Assembly (NCBI RefSeq): GCF_009914755.1
Contig: NC_060933.1
DNA: 64,000 nt
Reading direction: 5' to 3' (one strand)
Origin: the human T2T-CHM13v2.0 reference genome, Homo sapiens
The notes beneath the pieces are model-generated. The model ran no database searches. It was given only the letters and a program-made list of their open reading frames with translations, and had not been told where the DNA came from. The stretch's first letter is position 1. Each line of letters starts with the position of its first letter. The position numbers and the translations under genes were made by a program. Below are positions 57,311-64,000 of this stretch, piece after piece.

Positions 57311-60300
57311 AAAAAGAGAGGGATGGGGCTCAGGAATCCCACCTCTGCCACTTACCTGCTTGGCACATGACTTCATACCTCCCAACCTCAGCTTCCTTAA
57401 CCAATAAAATAGGAAAAATAAACATCTCCTGGGTCTTTTGTGAGGATTAAATGAGATAATACATATTATTATTCCCATTTTATCAAGGAGGAAACAGGCC
57501 CAGAGAAGGGAAGTGACTTGGGTGCAGATGGCACAGCTGGTGGGTGGCAGGTGAGAGACTCAGGCCTGGGTCTCATGGCACCACCCCATCTTTTAGCATT
57601 GTGTAGAGTGGACCAGTGTCTGCACACTCCACCCACCCCTTCACCAACACTCTCTTCCATCTCCCTCCTTCTCTTGGGCTCTGGGGCCCTGTCTCCCCAC
57701 TGCTCACGCTCAGAACAAGTGGAGGTGGCTGAGTCCCCCCAGAGCACAGGACACCCTCTCCCCCAGCCCCCACCCTGCTCCCCTCCTGGGGCCATGATGC
57801 TGTCTTGCTTTTGCTTGTAATAAAGAAAATATCTCAGCTACCCTTCCATGGTTGCTTGGCAACCCCGAGGGGGGTTGGGTGGGGGGGACCAAGGGGAGGA
57901 GGGATGGGGGAGGATTCTGGAGCCAATCTGGAGACAAAGAGTAGGATTTGGGTGACATGGAGCCTGTTCTTAGTGCTAACCTGGCCTGGCTGGGGCGGCG
58001 GGTGGGGGCAGCGGGCTTCCTCCCACCCCAGTGTCTCACACCAATAAATATGGATTAGGGAAATGGGCTGAGTTTTTCCCACGGGCCTGAAAGGCCGCAT
58101 CTGACCTTTCTACCCCCTTTATGTACCAATGTGACAGTCAGAGACAGCAAAGAGCAGGACCCCCTGAGATGCCTCCCCCATGGCCTTCTGACTTGGGGAA
58201 ACTTTTCACCCTCCTCCTTCCCCTGGCCACAGACCAGGTCACAGCTCTGCCTGGGCCCTTGTTCCGGGGATGAGAAGGAGGCTGGTTTCCAGGTGGGCGC
58301 CAGGAGCTCCCATCCTCAGTGTCCACTCCGGGCCCTGCTGGCCGTGACCGGTGCAGAGCCAGGCTGTGAGGCCCTGGACTGGTTAGTGACGGCCCTGCCT
58401 GCCTCCTAGACAGTCCTCTGCTCTGTGGCTCCCCCATCCTGTCCCTGCCCCATCTCTGCCTGGGCCGCCTCCATCAGGAGCCCTATCGTCCGTGTCCCTT
58501 TGCGTCCCTCTCCTCAGATACTTCCCACCACCCTCTTCTCGACTTGGTTTCCCTCTTTCTCTCCTCCTGCCAGCCCCCCACGCCCCAGTCGTCCATGAAA
58601 CTAGGAAGCCCTTGTGGCTGAGGTATCTCCTGCAGTGAAGAGGGCAGGAAGGGTTGTGGAGGGGGAGGTGGGGGCCGTGATCTCACTCCCTGGTGCCCTG
58701 ACTTTCTGGTCGTTGGCCGGGGGTGGGGATCGGCTGCTCTGAATGGAGTCAGTGTAGAGGCAGGAAAAGCAAACACCTCCGTGTGGGCCCTGCTGGCAGT
58801 GGATGGGAGCGGTCGGGGGGCAGGGGCCTGGGCTCCTCTCAGCCTCCTTGATCAGACCTCTCCCCACTCCTGAGGCTCCCTGTCTTCCTGGACCTTTGGC
58901 CTACAGTGTCCAGAAGGAGAGTGGGGTGAAGGTTTAGGGGGAAGCCCTCTGGGAGACGTCTTTGCTCAAATCTTTCCCTGCTCCTCTGCCCAACCCCCAG
59001 CCAGTGCCCTTCCTGCCCAGCAGATGCCAGGAAAATCTGTGCCCGGGAAGGGCGGTCTGGCACCTGAGGGCCCCGCCTGACCAGTCCTTCTCAGCAGCAG
59101 GAGCTGGGTGGGAGTCACCTTATGCCAGAGACGCCCCAGCAGTGCCATCCACCTCCTGGGCTGAGGAGTACCCCCAAGAGGCTCTGCCCGGGTGAGTGCT
59201 CCTCTGGCCCCACAGCCAGGCAGTGAGGGAGGGAGAGGTTGTCCATGTCGGGGCTCCCCAAGACCCCCACAATCTCCGTGAGTCCTCATGGTTCTGTGGC
59301 CTTTTCTGTTGTGACTGTCTCACCCTCTGTCTGGGACTCGTGTGTCACTGATGGTTTGGTGAGGGGAGCTGAAGGGATGGTTAGAGAAGCTGGAGGAGAG
59401 GGCTGGGAATGTGAGGAGGTAGGAGGGGCTGGAGTCTAGGGTATAGGACTCCTGGATTCCCAGCCAGGTTTTTGTGTTTTATTTTTATTTGTATGATTTT
59501 TAAATTTCTGTTTTAAAAGATGAGGTCTCTCTTGCATGGAATATATCTTTATATTAAAAAAAAAAAAAAAAGATAAGGTCTCACTATGTTGCCCAGGCTG
59601 GTCTTGAACTCCTGGGCTCAAGCAATCCTCCCACCTCAGCCTCCCTAAATGCTGTGATTACAGGCCTGAGCTACCGCACCCAGCCTAGCCAACTTTCTGA
59701 TTAGATTTGTGAAATCACAGAGGCTGCTGTAATGGTTTCCTTTTAACACTTTGGATTCTAAAAGACCTTTGGAATGAGCTCAGAGAGAGTTAGCAGTTCA
59801 TCCCGGGTGACACAGCAAACTGCTGGTACTCAAACCCACCAGGCCCCCTCATCACACCGCAGGCTGTTTGTGTTATGGAAGCCATCTTTGACCACCTCTC
59901 TCTTTCCCTCTCCACATGCAGTTTCCCCCTGAATTTAAGAGGCTGAGGGGTGGAGGGAGCCGACTCTGCCTAGCACCTCCAGGCCTTTCCTTTCTGTTGT
60001 CTCTCCAGGCACCATGCCCAGGGCCCAGCCTAGTAGCAGGAGCAGCCCCTGCCTGGGCCTCAGAGCGCCACAATCTCCTCTGACTATCCCTGGGAAGCCG
60101 TGGTTGGCTTTTGCCTTACATCCCCCAGAGAATGGCGTCTTTGTTCTTGGTGTCTAACCATAGTCCCTCATGTTGTCTTTAAAGCCCAACCACTTCCCAA
60201 AAAGCAAGGTCAACAGCTGACTGCATACCACAGCACCCCAGTGGTTCCTGCTTTGAGGTGGGACCTGGCTGGGGGGACCCTGCCGAGTAGAAACAGGCAT

Positions 60301-60636
60301 TCCTCACTGGGTCAGGCTCTGTTCTGAGGTCGTCCACGTACCTTGCTGAATGGTGGTCACCACATTCCTGCAGTGTGGAGTCAGTTTTACAGATTGGAAA
60401 ACTGAGACACGGAGCATTGAAGTGACTCATCTGTGGACACACTGCGAGAAAAAGAGCTGGGATTCAAGCCCATAGCTTGGCTGCAGAGCCCAATCCCTTA
60501 AACGTTCTTCCATAGTGCCTCTGATTCCTAGGAGGCCTCCGCTGGAGGTCATTGCATTCAATCCCCTGCATCTGGATGTCTACCCAGGCCCACCTCTGTT
60601 CACAGATAAAAATCAATCAAGCTTTTTTTTAAATAA

Positions 60637-61297
<661 letters not shown>

Positions 61298-61592
61298 TCA
61301 CCATGTCCAGCTGCCTCGTTGTTCCTCTCTCCTTCCCACTGGAGTATAATTTCAGGAAGGAAGCGGCTCCGCCTTGAGTATTGGCTCCACAACCTCCAGG
61401 CTGTGTGGCGCTGGACAAATGACTGAACTTCTCTGAGCCTTAGCTTATCAAGTGTAAAGTGGAGCTAATTATACATCTGCTTTGTGAGTCTGAAAAAGTT
61501 TACATGATAAAAGGGTATGAAGGTCTGAAAGGGCTTAGTGAGCACAGTGCCTGGCACCTCTGAAGTGCACAGGACCAAGTGGCAAATACTTC

Positions 61593-62769
61593 TCACTGCA
61601 TCCTGAGGGGTCGTTCCCAGACCCTGAGATCCCACCCAGCCACAGCCAAGTCACCTTCTGGGTTGTCTTACTTAGCCATGGGATTGTCCCTGTTCCCCTG
61701 TCCCCTCCCTAGTCCGGGTTCTGGCCTCAAGAAAGAAGGCCCTAGGGGTAAAGGAGTTGGAGGAGGGGGGCTTGGCAGCACCACCATCACCACTGTCATC
61801 ATCCTCATTGAAACTCTTCTACCTGCAAGATCAGAGCCTCGTGCTTTTGGCCTTATAGTTTAGCCTTCTTACTACAGATAGGGAAACTGAGGCCCACAGT
61901 GGGGAAGGACTTGCTCAGGGTCACGTAGCAAATTGGTGGTGGAGCAGGAACTAGCTCTCAGTCCTCCACATTCCCGGTTGGTTTCCCCTGTCTCTTCTTG
62001 ATGACTGCCCACCTCAAGTCCTCCCCTGGTGTGCCTAGGGTGTGGGGCCTGGCACCCAGTCCTGCCTGGCAGAGCCTGGAGAGAAGTGAGCCGCGGTTGG
62101 TGGAGTAGTCGCAGCGGCCCGGCGCGTTCTCAGCCCGGCTCTTTGTCTGCTGCTTTGTGATGGTAAGTGCTGCTCCTAAATCAGTTCTGTGACACTGTTA
62201 TTGTTGCCCAGGGCGCAAAGAGTCTAAACTTTTCCCCTGAGGTCAAGAATGTGGCTGGTCCCCAAGCCGCCCAGAGCAGAGGCCTGGGTGGCTGGGGGTG
62301 GGGATGGGGCCTCGCCCCGAGCTGGGGCGAGATGTTGGGGGGAGGGGGTCAGCGGGAACAAAACGCTTTGAAATGCCTCCTCTCCATCACTGCCAACATT
62401 GTCCGCTGCCCGCGGGGGGCCTGGCACCGCCTCGCCGGGGCTCCGGCCCCCAGCCCTGGCCAGGCGCGGCCCGACATCTGAAAATGGACAGAAGGTTATT
62501 GTCCCTTCCCGCAGCCCTTTGTCTGCCCCAGTTCCAGATGTCTAGGCTGGGACCAGGGAACTGACCCATGGTGGGCAGGGGGGAGAGGACAAAAAGGGAG
62601 AGCACGGGTCACTGCATCCTGAGGGGTCGTTCCCAGACCCTGAGATCCCACCCAGCCACAGCCAAGTCACCTTCTGGGTTGTCTTAGCCCTGAGATTGTC
62701 CCTGTTCCCCTGTCCCCTCCCTACTCCAGGTTCTGGCCTCGAGAGAGAAGGCCCTAGGGGTACAGGAGT
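61593..62769 (+). repeat. Non-Alu direct repeat pair: 61593-61757 and 62609-62769
   Basis: The first 78 nt are identical; the remainder differs by scattered substitutions and a 4-nt indel. Confidence 0.93.
62090..62480. promoter_or_regulatory. CpG-rich element with a consensus splice donor; candidate alternative promoter or first exon
   Basis: CpG cluster; ATG|GTAAGT at 62160-62168. Confidence 0.45.
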
Positions 62770-63558
62770 CAGAGCAGGGGACCTTGGCAGACTCACGGAC
62801 GGGGCTGAATCCAGCTCCACCCGGTAACTGTGTGATCTTGGACAGGTGTGGCCCTCTCCCAGCCTGCTTTCCCCATGTGGGGACCACGGACCAGGTTCAT
62901 TCACAGGTAATGATGGAGCCCTCCTACGTACCAGCTCTGAGCTGAGCATGGGGGCACGCGGTGGTGCATGGGCCACTTGGATCCTGCCCTTGACCATTGT
63001 GGTTAAATAGAAGAGTAACAGGCAGCATTTCCCACCCACTACCTCTGGGTCAGGTCCTGGGCTAATCACTTCATCTGCGTCATCTCATCCTTTCCATAAC
63101 AAAATCAAAGATGCAGAGGCGTTTTTCCTGTCTCCATTTTGCAGCTTTGGAGACTGCTAGACTCTTGAGAGGTCCAGTCACTTGCCCAAAGCCAGGCAGT
63201 CTGGAGGCAGCAGAGCTGGGATTCTAGCCCAGGCCGACCGTAGCCACCAGGAGGAGTAATTCGCTAATAAATACTTGGAAAGAATCGAGCACAGAACCTG
63301 ACACAGCTCCAGACTCAGAACTGGTGGTGTTTACTCCATGCATAGAGTGTCCCCATTCCACAGGTGGGGCGACTGAGGACAGGGAGAGAAAGCCTGGGGC
63401 AAAAAGCTCCAGGGAACTTAAACAGTAACACCAACAGCAGTTCCAGAGTCACCAGGGCTGGCCAGAGTGAGACAGGCAGACTTGGTTTCAAACCCCAAAC
63501 CCCAACTCTGGATGAGCTTGGCAAGTGATTTATTTAGATTCTCCGTGCCTCAGTTTCA

Positions 63559-63930
<372 letters not shown>

Positions 63931-64000
63931 TCAAGTTATATAATACATTTAAAGCACTTAGCAGGCTGGGCACGGTGGCTCATGCCTGTAATCTGAGCAC

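Overview
This is human (primate) genomic DNA, very Alu-rich. The gene content identifies it as the SLC27A4-URM1-MIR219A2 locus (9q34.11, from recall). On the + strand are the last ten coding exons of SLC27A4/FATP4 (1647-13594; poly(A) signal at 14301) and the complete five-exon URM1 gene (ATG 24482, stop 42836, 101 aa ending in GG; poly(A) signals at 43813 and 45088/45096). A CpG island at about 45150-46830 holds the MIR219A2 hairpin (- strand, 45720-45816), which reads as MIR219B on the + strand. The last 6 kb has orphan + strand exon and promoter candidates, possibly upstream exons of the next gene (CERCAM from recall; no coding sequence is visible). The other listed ORFs are mostly Alu-derived or GC-rich noise. 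I cannot support a wholly new biological system here. The best leads are: a miR-219a-5p seed site found only in the long URM1 3'UTR, with URM1 readthrough crossing the hairpin antisense; a 13.6-kb Alu-free domain with RFX/SOX/POU motifs; a reconstituted 5' splice site at SLC27A4 exon 10; an open in-frame intron; an AluYa5 insertion with target deletion; and templated-insertion and micro-inversion scars inside Alus. All coordinates were read by eye, and repeat boundaries are approximate.
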